Assembly: GCA_963677295.1 (NCBI GenBank)
Contig: OY781931.1
Length of the DNA: 64,000 bases
Origin: Maridesulfovibrio sp.
GTDB taxonomy: Bacteria > Desulfobacterota > Desulfovibrionia > Desulfovibrionales > Desulfovibrionaceae
Reading direction: 5' to 3' (one strand)
Part shown: positions 39,619 to 48,217 of the stretch, in pieces
How positions within the stretch are numbered: the stretch's first letter is position 1
How the letters are laid out: every line of letters begins with the position of its first letter
Position numbers and translations under genes: made by a program
The notes under the pieces: model-generated
What the model was told of the DNA's origin: nothing
Database searches by the model: none
The model's input: only the letters and a program-made list of their open reading frames with translations

Positions 39619-40014
39619 ATGAAATTTCTCATCGCTGACGACAATGAACTCCACCGTGAACTCATAACCGATACAGTTAAAGACCACGGTATGTATCATA
39701 TCGTCAGTGATGGAAATGAAGCTGTTAAAGCTTTTACTGCTTCCTTAGATAAAAAAGATTCTTTCAGCGCAATTTTTATAAAATCAAAAATCGGCTCACA
39801 GGATGGACCGCATGCTTTGCGGAAAATAAGAGAGATAGAACAGAAAAACGGTCTTGAATTAAATAAAGAAATACCGATTATCATGACCGTTATGGACGAT
39901 GAAGAGCAGATCTCTGAAACATACCTGCGCGGAAACTCAACAACCTTTATTCTCAAGCCTCTTACTAAAGATAAAATTGTGGAAGAGCTGACTCTTTTCG
40001 GGCTTATCCCATAA
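39619..40014 (+). CDS. single-domain receiver (CheY-like) protein lacking the phospho-acceptor Asp (pseudo-receiver)
   Basis: 131 aa. LIADDN acidic pair and LKP lysine are present. The position aligned by eye to CheY D57 (FVISDWNMPNMDG) reads AIFIKSKIGSQDG, i.e. Lys. Confidence 0.65.
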   Translation: MKFLIADDNELHRELITDTVKDHGMYHIVSDGNEAVKAFTASLDKKDSFSAIFIKSKIGSQDGPHALRKIREIEQKNGLELNKEIPIIMTVMDDEEQISETYLRGNSTTFILKPLTKDKIVEELTLFGLIP

Positions 40015-40031
40015 CAAAATAAGTCAGCCCT

Positions 40032-40379
40032 CTACATTCCGGGCAGCATCAAATGGCTTTTCTCAATCTGCCTTTTTTTTCTTCTCTTGATGGTTCTTGG
40101 ATGAACCCCTAATCTATAAGGTCGCAACACACATTCTTTTTCAGGACACGCCCTGATAGCCTGTCTGTCGCCGACAGTACACGCAAGGCAGTATCTTCGA
40201 ATTGCACGTATACAAACACGCTCAACCTCATCGGACTTAGGTCCTCTAAGCTGAAAAAGAGAGCAATTCTCGTCCAGACACTCTCTGACAAGCTGAGAAC
40301 TTCCACCCATGCACCACAAGCAGTGTGCCCGAATGCTCTGCTGAGGATTTCTTTTACGCTCGCTCAAATAACGCTCCAT
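40032..40379 (-). CDS. small basic protein with two tandem Cys4 modules
   Basis: Start taken at ATG 40379 (MERYL...). It has two copies of CxxC-x10-C-x4-C (IRAHCLWCMGGSSQLVRECLDENC and IRRYCLACTVGDRQAIRACPEKEC) and a basic tail. Confidence 0.45.
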   Translation of the reverse strand: MERYLSERKRNPQQSIRAHCLWCMGGSSQLVRECLDENCSLFQLRGPKSDEVERVCIRAIRRYCLACTVGDRQAIRACPEKECVLRPYRLGVHPRTIKRRKKRQIEKSHLMLPGM

Positions 40380-40521
40380 AAATCTTGCATTTACTAATGT
40401 GAAACAAATCAAAAACGGCCGCGAAGCTCATCCTTACGTAAATCATCTGAAAAGATAAAGAGGTTGAGCAAGGATTCAAAAAGTATTTTTTAAGTAACGC
40501 ATCCGTCATTCTGTTTCCATA

Positions 40522-40552
40522 TAAAAAGCGTGCTTCGCCAACCGAAACACGC
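40522..40552 (-). terminator. rho-independent terminator after the 3D-domain gene
   Basis: GCGTGCTTCG-ccaac-CGAAACACGC (10-bp stem, one wobble), followed on the minus strand by TTTTT. Confidence 0.55.
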
Positions 40553-40587
40553 CTTATCTTTTACACTGAAATAAAAATTTAATATCG

Positions 40588-40980
40588 TCAGTTTTCCGCT
40601 TCTTCCCATGCAATAACAACTTCACGTTCACCCCAGTCATCTGCGGCAGTGGTATTAAGTCCCATGTAGATATCAATCCTGTCAGTCCAGCGTTCATTCA
40701 TTTTATCTTTAACAAGATACTTACCTTCGAGCCCTTCAATTTTAACAGCTGTATCATGGGTAAGGCCCTTTTTAAGCAAATCACGCGATACGGCAATAAC
40801 CTTCATTCCGGGTTTTAACTTATCACCCCATGCGCCGACGAAAGGTGTCGCAGAAGTTTGATCTTTATATGAATTGTATGCTGTAGCAGTCACTTTCATG
40901 GTCATTTTCTTTTCATCAGAGCAACTGGAAACAAGCATAAGAATAGCTAACAGCAACAACAAAAATTTAAACTTGGGCAT
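40588..40980 (-). CDS. 3D-domain lipoprotein (MltA/RlpA-like fold)
   Basis: 130 aa. Lipoprotein signal (LAILMLVSSC) and 3D-domain-like VTATAYNS...VIAVSRDLL. Confidence 0.6.
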   Translation of the reverse strand: MPKFKFLLLLLAILMLVSSCSDEKKMTMKVTATAYNSYKDQTSATPFVGAWGDKLKPGMKVIAVSRDLLKKGLTHDTAVKIEGLEGKYLVKDKMNERWTDRIDIYMGLNTTAADDWGEREVVIAWEEAEN

Positions 40981-41011
40981 ACGGTCCTCCTTTAAATTAA
41001 AATTTACAAAC

Positions 41012-41716
41012 CTACAGTTTGCAATTCATATAGCTATTGTCAGCACTAAAAACAGATGCACCCTTTTGAACAGTTCCGTTACAGCATGAGTATTCAACAT
41101 CAGTGACTTTCTTTAAAAAATTCAGATCATGCGAAACGACGAGCATTGCGACATCAAGTGAACATAAAATATCAGCAAGTCTGTCCCGCATTGAAGGATC
41201 TAAATCATTAGTAGGTTCATCAAGAACCAGCGCTTCAGGCTGCATTGCCAGCACTGTCGCAAGCGATACCAATTTTTTTTCACCGCCGGACAAACGGTAA
41301 GTAACTCTTTCTTCATACCCCGAAAGACCGAGCAGGCAAAGTACATATTTTGAAATTTCGCGGGCCTCATCAGGAGTTTTTCCCAGATTCAAAGGTCCGA
41401 AGGCAACATCTTCAATAACGGTAGGACAAAAAAGCTGATCATCCGCCTGCTGAAAAAGAAGCCCTACGCCTTTACGAAGTTCTCTGAAATCTTTCTCGGT
41501 TTTCATCTCGGTGTTTTTAAAAAGAACCTGCCCTGAAGTTGGTGACAAAAGTCCCATAATGATATGGAGCATGGTGGTCTTACCGCTGCCGTTATGTCCG
41601 GTAAACGCAATTTTTTCGCCGCAGTTCAAATCAAAATTAACGGACTTCAAAACCTCGTTACCACCGGGATAAACAAAATTTATATCACGCAAGGAAAAAA
41701 TCGGATAACTCACCAA
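41012..41716 (-). CDS. cbiO: ECF/cobalt-type ABC transporter ATPase (CbiO/EcfA-like)
   Basis: Walker A GHNGSGKTT, signature LSGGEKK, Walker B LVLDEPT. Overlaps the stop of the cbiQ-like gene by 7 nt. Confidence 0.75.
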   Translation of the reverse strand: MVSYPIFSLRDINFVYPGGNEVLKSVNFDLNCGEKIAFTGHNGSGKTTMLHIIMGLLSPTSGQVLFKNTEMKTEKDFRELRKGVGLLFQQADDQLFCPTVIEDVAFGPLNLGKTPDEAREISKYVLCLLGLSGYEERVTYRLSGGEKKLVSLATVLAMQPEALVLDEPTNDLDPSMRDRLADILCSLDVAMLVVSHDLNFLKKVTDVEYSCCNGTVQKGASVFSADNSYMNCKL

Positions 41717-42537
41717 AACACCTCTATTTTATGCAACTGAAAAACAATAGCAGCGGTTGCAAACATAACCGTCATTCCAAAGAGAAACCAATCAGACCGC
41801 CTGACTTTAAATACATTCAAAGTATAAAATTTACCTGTAAATCCACGACAAAGCATTGCCTGCCAAACTACTTGCGCCCTGTCCCAACTTCGAACTAGCA
41901 GCATCCCAAGCAGCCATGCATAAGTGCGGTAAGTCCTCATACTGTTACGAGGAACAAAGCCGCGCATAACGGCAGCGCGTTTCATCTTCTCATACTCTTC
42001 GCCCATAACGTGCACATATCGCCATGTGAACAAAAACAGCCTGCAAAGTTTATCAGGCAATTTAAGCGACTGCATTCCTGCGCCCATCAATTGCACGGGC
42101 ATAGTTGAAATCAGAGCGGTAGCAGCCAGAACAATCCCGTTAGACTTCAAGGTGATAATCGTAGCGTATAAAATACCTTCAGTTGACGCGGTAAAAGGTC
42201 CAACTGTAAAAAGGGGTTCACCGGGCCGGGAAAACGGCAAAAAAAGCCATAGAAAAAAAATAAATCCATTTACATAGAGCAGCCGTTTCATAAGGCTAAA
42301 CATGGGCAATCTGGCAAAACAGGCAAAAAGAAGACCGGAAATAAAAACTATTATCGCAGCAGGAAGCGACATGACCAATGCCCCGACAAAGGAAAAAAGA
42401 AATGCACAAATAACCCGAAAACCGGGATGAGAGCTATGAATGAATGATTCACCGGAAGCAAACGGTTCGCTGATATGCTGCAAGAAGTATCTCCTGATTA
42501 GGGAATTTTGAGTAGCACGCATTAAAAATCCATGCAA
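41710..42537 (-). CDS. cbiQ: ECF transporter transmembrane (T) component (CbiQ/EcfT-like)
   Basis: 275 aa, polytopic, translationally coupled to the CbiO-like ATPase. Assignment is by context and overall pattern. Confidence 0.6.
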   Translation of the reverse strand: MHGFLMRATQNSLIRRYFLQHISEPFASGESFIHSSHPGFRVICAFLFSFVGALVMSLPAAIIVFISGLLFACFARLPMFSLMKRLLYVNGFIFFLWLFLPFSRPGEPLFTVGPFTASTEGILYATIITLKSNGIVLAATALISTMPVQLMGAGMQSLKLPDKLCRLFLFTWRYVHVMGEEYEKMKRAAVMRGFVPRNSMRTYRTYAWLLGMLLVRSWDRAQVVWQAMLCRGFTGKFYTLNVFKVRRSDWFLFGMTVMFATAAIVFQLHKIEVFW

Positions 42538-42665
42538 TCCGAATCAGGTTCTTGAGTTACTATAGTAATACAGCTATACCCGAAATCGGAAATTGAATTA
42601 AGCATGAAAAAAATGCCTTAAAATTTAGTATAAAAAATTTACCAGCTAATAAACAGAGAACCAAT

Positions 42666-43349
42666 ATGACTCCAAACTCAGAAATCAGTAAAATTGTTGA
42701 AGAAGTTGGACAAGATATAATCTGGCGTCCACTATATGACTTTGAAAGAAACAAACTGAGCAGCGGAGTCGGGCATGATATTGACGGAATTGATCCAGAA
42801 TTTACGGATCTTGATTTCAAAGGAAAAACTGTCTGTGATCTGGGATGCAACCTTGGTCACTTCACTTTTTATGCTCATGAACGCGGAGCAAAGAAAGTTG
42901 TCGGTTATGATATGGAACCGAAAGTCATAAAAGGAGCAAGAAAACTCGCGGCTCTCTATAATATTAAAGGTGTAGAGTTTGAAACATGTGACTTTGCATC
43001 CGAACCGGCGACTCAAACCTTTGATATGGGCATGCTGATCGATATCCTCGGCAAAATTAATATTTCAAGCGGCTTTTTAATTCCCATACTCAAAGGTCTT
43101 GAAAGCAGAAGTGAATCTGAAATGCTTTTAACATTCCGCCCGATTTATCTGGTAGAAAGGCATTTCGGTATGTCTGAAAGTGACTTTCTTAAGTTATACC
43201 CGCAGGCTGATATCAAAAACGGTTTTTTCAATCTGCTTGATTTTACGCAAAATCTTTTTGCTGAAAAGTGGACGATCACCTATCTTTCAAAAGAACTTCC
43301 TGATGACTCACAATACAAGCGTACGGTTCACTTCGCACGCAAATCGTAA
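42666..43349 (+). CDS. class I SAM-dependent methyltransferase
   Basis: 227 aa with motif I (VCDLGCNLGHF) and motif II-like VVGYDMEP. Confidence 0.65.
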   Translation: MTPNSEISKIVEEVGQDIIWRPLYDFERNKLSSGVGHDIDGIDPEFTDLDFKGKTVCDLGCNLGHFTFYAHERGAKKVVGYDMEPKVIKGARKLAALYNIKGVEFETCDFASEPATQTFDMGMLIDILGKINISSGFLIPILKGLESRSESEMLLTFRPIYLVERHFGMSESDFLKLYPQADIKNGFFNLLDFTQNLFAEKWTITYLSKELPDDSQYKRTVHFARKS

Positions 43350-43405
43350 TTGAAATTATCAAACCATAACAAGCAAATTATTAAATACGCATCAGGAGTA
43401 TTACT

Positions 43406-43927
43406 GTGAAAACTACAATTGAAATGACCGATATTAAATATCAGGTAACCGAGCCTCAGAAAATAAATATCCATACTTCCAACAAGGATAAAGATATAGT
43501 CATAGGCGGGAGAGATTCTGGAAATGTCTTCATTTTTTCGCTTGATGATGACCTGAGAAGGTCCATCGCAGCAGATATTGCAAAAAAACTCGGTAGAGAA
43601 GTTGTAATAGTTAAAAGAGCTGACGGAAACCCTGCTATCATAGAAGCCGCAGCTAAAGACAATCAAATCGTAAGCCTTCCCAGAGGAGCAGCTCTTTCAG
43701 AAAAAAACCGCAATCTTCTAAAAGATAACGGCAAAGTACTCTACATCATGTCAGATTTCATAACACTGTTAAACTCATCAGACAGATCAGAAGATGCGCG
43801 CGAACAAATTTCACTCCTGCTCAACAGGTTTGAGCCGAGCTTCATGAACGCCGCACACCTTATTGTCCGTTCCGACCAAAGTTATGAAGAAATTTTGCAA
43901 GACGCGCTTGAAAAAATAGCTCTCTGA
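43406..43927 (+). CDS. hypothetical protein
   Basis: 173 aa. GTG start with AGGAG RBS 7 nt upstream. No confident motif; there is a faint shikimate-kinase-like layout without a P-loop. Confidence 0.4.
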   Translation: MKTTIEMTDIKYQVTEPQKINIHTSNKDKDIVIGGRDSGNVFIFSLDDDLRRSIAADIAKKLGREVVIVKRADGNPAIIEAAAKDNQIVSLPRGAALSEKNRNLLKDNGKVLYIMSDFITLLNSSDRSEDAREQISLLLNRFEPSFMNAAHLIVRSDQSYEEILQDALEKIAL

Positions 43928-43937
43928 TCTCGGCATA

Positions 43938-44723
43938 TTACCAACGCAGTGACAGGCAGGTCAGTCCTCCGTCCATTTTTCTGAACTCAGACATATCGAT
44001 AAAATCAGGATTAAACCCGTTTCTACTGATCAGTTCCGCTGTTGCTGGAAATCCAGCCGGAACGAGCAACGCATTACCTGTGTATAAACAATTGGTAGCA
44101 TATTCTTCACCAGTGGGAGCAATCAGCTTTTTAAAGCGTGAAAACTCATCACGAGTGGAAAAACGACTACTCATAATCAATGTTTCATCATCCAAAGCGG
44201 ATAATTCTGTTTTGAGGTGGGGCATTCCATTTTCAAACGGAACAGCTACGCATTCGTACCCTAATTTGCAAGCAACCTTTGCAAATTGCTCAAACCCTGC
44301 CGAATTCGTACGCGAATCTATACCTACAAAAAAAGTCTTACCCATGAGCAGGACATCACCGCCCTCCATGAGTCCGTCCCCTTCCATTTGAAATACTTCA
44401 TCCACGACATAAGAGATTGCTTCCTTGATACGAACCACTTCTCCGCGTCTGGACTGCGCCCCGGGGCAAGTAAGAAATGCGGCAACACCGCCGGCAACAG
44501 GAATCATCACAGCTGTATCTTCAACAAAAACAGAGTCAGGGTACTGCGGATCGGCATCAAGAACCGTCACGGCAATTCCTTTACTCTCAAAATATTTTAT
44601 ATAATTGCGGTGTTGAATATTAGCCAGATCCATATCCGGGCAGCCAAGTCCTGCCTCGGTCAACCCGTCTCCCAAACTATCTGCCGGAGTTCTTACTATT
44701 GCTTTTGTGAATATATTGCTCAT
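43938..44723 (-). CDS. dimethylarginine dimethylaminohydrolase / amidinotransferase-superfamily enzyme
   Basis: Start moved to ATG 44723 (GAGGTG RBS). The C-terminal catalytic-Cys context ...FRKMDGGLTCLSLRW is typical of DDAH / arginine deiminase-fold enzymes. Confidence 0.6.
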   Translation of the reverse strand: MSNIFTKAIVRTPADSLGDGLTEAGLGCPDMDLANIQHRNYIKYFESKGIAVTVLDADPQYPDSVFVEDTAVMIPVAGGVAAFLTCPGAQSRRGEVVRIKEAISYVVDEVFQMEGDGLMEGGDVLLMGKTFFVGIDSRTNSAGFEQFAKVACKLGYECVAVPFENGMPHLKTELSALDDETLIMSSRFSTRDEFSRFKKLIAPTGEEYATNCLYTGNALLVPAGFPATAELISRNGFNPDFIDMSEFRKMDGGLTCLSLRW

Positions 44724-44858
44724 TTCTTTAACACCTCTAGGGTCACGAGACATTTTTAAACAAAATTCTCGCATCCACCTAAATTTTATTTATTTAATAT
44801 AAATCAATTTCAATCTTATCAGTATAAAAGAGTACCGCTGAATTTATTTGCAAATTTT

Positions 44859-44892
44859 AACGGGTTAACTTCTTTTACAAAGTTAACCCGCT
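44859..44892 (-). terminator. hairpin downstream of the TIM-barrel gene (probable terminator)
   Basis: CGGGTTAACT...AGTTAACCCG perfect 10-bp stem. The minus-strand tail TTAAAATTT is only moderately T-rich. Confidence 0.45.
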
Positions 44893-44956
44893 AAAAATCA
44901 GGTAAATATCCTGAAATATGTAACCGTTTTATTGTGAAAAATATTAACTGTAAATA

Positions 44957-45766
44957 CTAAAATAATTTGGGTGCAATTTTTTCCGTAAAGTATTTCAAAC
45001 TAGATTCGAAATCATCACGGGTATGCGGTTCAAGTGTAATTGAAGGAAGAGGATCAAGTTCTTTAACTCGATGGATAATATGCTCCCAGTTTATGCACCC
45101 TTCACCTAAAGCAAGATGATCGTCTTTGCGTCCCATATTATCATGCAGATGCATATGGCGTATGTACGGAGCAAGTGAATCAAACCAGAAATCAAAATCA
45201 TTCTTTTCCGATCCCTTTGAAAAAGAATGCCAATGCCCCACATCAAAACAGATGCCTATATTTTCACGGTCCAAATCCTCTACAAGCTGCATAAGCGGCC
45301 CGGGATCATACTCATAAGTATTTTCAAGGCACAGCACCGGATGATCAGGCCATGAATCACTTAAACTGCGAATTCCATCCAGACAATTTTCATAAGCTTC
45401 ATCAAAAAGCGGCGGTTCAAGCCATGAAGTAAAGGATGGATGCATTACCATTCTTTCAGGAGAAAATATTTTTGCAAGCTCAAATGCACCGCATAAGGTG
45501 TCTATGGAAGCTTGACGAATGGCAGAATTAAGGCTGGATGGTTTTAAGTCCAAAAAAGGAAGATGTGTTGTACATTTAAGTCCTGCCGCAGCAAGACGGT
45601 CTCTGATCGTAAGCAACCAGTCTTTACTGATACATTCACTTCCTAAACAGTCCAGCCCCAGTTCGGGCTGAATTGAATTTTCAATAAACAGGTCCAGATA
45701 CTCAGGAGTGTTGTAAATATATCTAAGAGGAAGATTAACATAGCAATTTTCAGTTACGGCTTTCAT
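44957..45766 (-). CDS. xylose-isomerase-like TIM-barrel protein (sugar phosphate isomerase/epimerase, AP endonuclease 2 family)
   Basis: Start moved to ATG 45766 (GAGGAG RBS); the ORF-track start is GTG 45778. Family-typical ...ICFDVGHWH... and ...YIRHMHLHDN... metal-binding motifs. Confidence 0.6.
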   Translation of the reverse strand: MKAVTENCYVNLPLRYIYNTPEYLDLFIENSIQPELGLDCLGSECISKDWLLTIRDRLAAAGLKCTTHLPFLDLKPSSLNSAIRQASIDTLCGAFELAKIFSPERMVMHPSFTSWLEPPLFDEAYENCLDGIRSLSDSWPDHPVLCLENTYEYDPGPLMQLVEDLDRENIGICFDVGHWHSFSKGSEKNDFDFWFDSLAPYIRHMHLHDNMGRKDDHLALGEGCINWEHIIHRVKELDPLPSITLEPHTRDDFESSLKYFTEKIAPKLF

Positions 45767-45789
45767 AATACTCCTCACATGTTCATCAA

Positions 45790-47532
45790 TTAATCAAGCG
45801 AAGTTTGCATCTGCGCTGAACCTTTGAATGTCATACCGCCTACAAGTTCGAATGTTGTTGAATGACGAAGTGTAATTTTGACCTCTTTACCAGGATTCAC
45901 ATCAAAAGATTCGCCCCATGCAACAGGTAGACGATTAATAAACGGCTGGATTTTATCAAGTTTACCATTACTCCACGCTTCAGAGAGCACATATCTGTCA
46001 GCCGGTAGCTCAAGAGTAGTATCACGCTTCCATTTGATAAGAGTTTCAGATCCATGCGCGCGTTTCACTCTAAGAGCTTTTACAACACGCGGGAAAACTG
46101 AAAGATAAAATTCTGCCCCCCGCTTACCCGGAGTTTCTCTGACTATTCTATATCGGGCCCCGCCGTCATCGCTTTCAAGCTTATACTTATCCATAAAATT
46201 GGACGGATCGATGATAATTTCATACCCGATATCCTGCCCGCTATTAACCATAACAGAGGCTACAAAACCTTTTAAGTTAAGAATTTCATCTCTATTGCTA
46301 CCAAGAACCCCTTCAATAATGAACTGATCGCCTTCCAGAACTTTTAACACTCCTGAAGTCGGTACAAAATGAGGATTACCGTTCAGCCAGCATAAAAAGA
46401 CCGGACCGTGAGGTTCTGGGGAACTTTCATGCTGTCCACTCCAGCGGACCTTTGCAGTTGTAGACGTATCGCCATCAAGACTTATTTGAAGGGCTGGAAA
46501 TGATGATAAAGCCATGCGCGGAGCTGTCAAAAGATTAAGATTAGGGCGGTCACTTGCGTATACAGCAACAGCCGGTTCAAGAATAGAGTCAGCGACAACA
46601 TCGCCTTGACCTGAAGTAGAAACAGGGCCGCCACGCACAAGATTCACGCTCTTTCCAGAAAGCGGACTGCCGTTAATCAAAATTTTGAGACCGGAAGCTT
46701 TTCCTTCCTTAGGAAATGAAAATTCTGGTATTTCAACCTTTAATCCGAATTCTTCAAGTAAAAGAACCGTTGCTCGCAACTGCTGGCGCACTTTCCATTC
46801 AAGATCCATAATATCTTTACTGACTTCCACCGCCATGGCAGGTATTCCACGCTCAACAAGCGCGTAACAAGTCAAAGATTTGAGCATCTCAGGATAATGA
46901 GTGGCTTTATCGAAAGTGTCTGTATTAAAAAGAGTAAACCAATAAGATTTATTGGGAATTTTTGAATTAAGGGTATCAATTGCACGCTGGCACAATTCAG
47001 CAAGAGGAATGTTTTTGTATACAGTAGCATCTATGATCATTGACTGACCATAGCGATTTGGATTTCTTAAGTTATTTATGTATTTTGGATTATAAAACCC
47101 GCTACCTTCATGCAAATGAATAAATCCGTCAGCATCATCAAGTAAAAACCGAATAGCCTTGGCTAAACGATCTTCATAAAAACTATTGTATTCCTTATCA
47201 AATCTTCTGTTAAGATCGACATTTATCTGGCGGGACCTCCGAAGAATCGAAGGCTCGTTCGCACGCGGGATAATAATCAGGTTCCCTTTGTGAAGCTTAC
47301 ACTTAGTCAGCAGTTGCCCTGTAAAAAATCCGGAAAGTTCATCCCCCTGAACTCCGCCCTGAACCATAATAGTCGGCCCGGGTTCATCACCGAAAACCCA
47401 GGTCACGCGCAAAGGATACTGTGTTCCTTCAAAAAAAGTATAGCTCCGTACAGTCTGAGCATGTACAGATGATACGGCAAAAAACAGTGCACAAAAGCTA
47501 ATTAAAAATACGCGACAGAGGGTATACTTCAC
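45790..47532 (-). CDS. secreted Csd4/Pgp1-like (M14/M99-type) metallocarboxypeptidase with a large C-terminal extension
   Basis: 580 aa with a signal peptide. The N-terminal ~270 aa carry QGDE (Q62-x-x-E65) in place of the M14 HxxE motif, DLNRRF, and HLHEGSGFY about 77-79 residues downstream. This is the Gln/Glu/His zinc-ligand pattern I recall for Csd4. Its start overlaps the upstream gene by 35 nt. Confidence 0.55.
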   Translation of the reverse strand: MKYTLCRVFLISFCALFFAVSSVHAQTVRSYTFFEGTQYPLRVTWVFGDEPGPTIMVQGGVQGDELSGFFTGQLLTKCKLHKGNLIIIPRANEPSILRRSRQINVDLNRRFDKEYNSFYEDRLAKAIRFLLDDADGFIHLHEGSGFYNPKYINNLRNPNRYGQSMIIDATVYKNIPLAELCQRAIDTLNSKIPNKSYWFTLFNTDTFDKATHYPEMLKSLTCYALVERGIPAMAVEVSKDIMDLEWKVRQQLRATVLLLEEFGLKVEIPEFSFPKEGKASGLKILINGSPLSGKSVNLVRGGPVSTSGQGDVVADSILEPAVAVYASDRPNLNLLTAPRMALSSFPALQISLDGDTSTTAKVRWSGQHESSPEPHGPVFLCWLNGNPHFVPTSGVLKVLEGDQFIIEGVLGSNRDEILNLKGFVASVMVNSGQDIGYEIIIDPSNFMDKYKLESDDGGARYRIVRETPGKRGAEFYLSVFPRVVKALRVKRAHGSETLIKWKRDTTLELPADRYVLSEAWSNGKLDKIQPFINRLPVAWGESFDVNPGKEVKITLRHSTTFELVGGMTFKGSAQMQTSLD

Positions 47533-48217
47533 TGTATATTAACTCATTATTGGTAGTAGTTATCATCAAACGAAGCCCATAAATATCTTTTAAAGCCATT
47601 TTTTTAGGGATAGAAAATCTGGTTCTTACAACTTTAAATCTTTGTATATGAAAGGACATATCATTAGGATTGGCTTTGATAAAAGCCTCACTCCCGTTAT
47701 TTCCGATCAGCTCAACCCTTGCTTCTCCGCTAAGCGAAGAGGCCGTCTGCAAGTTATTCAGGTCAAAACTTAAAGCAAGACTTCCTCCGGACAAATTGAG
47801 TTTTACGTTCTCAATTCCGGCTCTCATAAGATTTTTATAAAAAAGCAATTTGTTGAGATCAATCCGAGGAGAAGATTCAACTTTTTTCTCTTCAACTGGA
47901 ACGGAAGTTAAAAGAGACTGAACTTCAGTAGGGTCGTACGAATCTAAAATTTTATTTACATTTTCAAGTCGCTCAAGCTGAACAGAAGCTTCATTGAGAT
48001 TTTTCTGCAGTTCATGTTTATCCTGACGCAGTTCCGAATTTTGATTCCAGAATTTATAACCGGACCATGCTCCTAATCCTGCGCAAGTCACCAGAATAAC
48101 TATAAACCATAAAAACATTCCCAACCAAAAAGGACTTAACCTATACCGTTTAACGGTATCATCATCACGCATAAAAAGCACATTGTACTTGGTATTGCCC
48201 ATCAGCTTCCGCTCCAT
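47498..48217 (-). CDS. single-pass membrane protein with coiled-coil, function unknown
   Basis: 239 aa with one TM (FWLGMFLWFIVILVTCAGLGAW) followed by a heptad-like segment. Overlaps both neighbours (16 and 35 nt), so it is translationally coupled. Confidence 0.5.
   Translation of the reverse strand: MERKLMGNTKYNVLFMRDDDTVKRYRLSPFWLGMFLWFIVILVTCAGLGAWSGYKFWNQNSELRQDKHELQKNLNEASVQLERLENVNKILDSYDPTEVQSLLTSVPVEEKKVESSPRIDLNKLLFYKNLMRAGIENVKLNLSGGSLALSFDLNNLQTASSLSGEARVELIGNNGSEAFIKANPNDMSFHIQRFKVVRTRFSIPKKMALKDIYGLRLMITTTNNELIYSEVYPLSRIFN

Noticed and set aside
42560-42850. 96-aa minus-strand ORF upstream of cbiQ (a possible missing CbiN/CbiM)
   Set aside because: It overlaps the 5' end of the well-supported methyltransferase gene on the other strand. 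Its translation is not membrane-protein-like in the CbiM/N sense, and it has no RBS.
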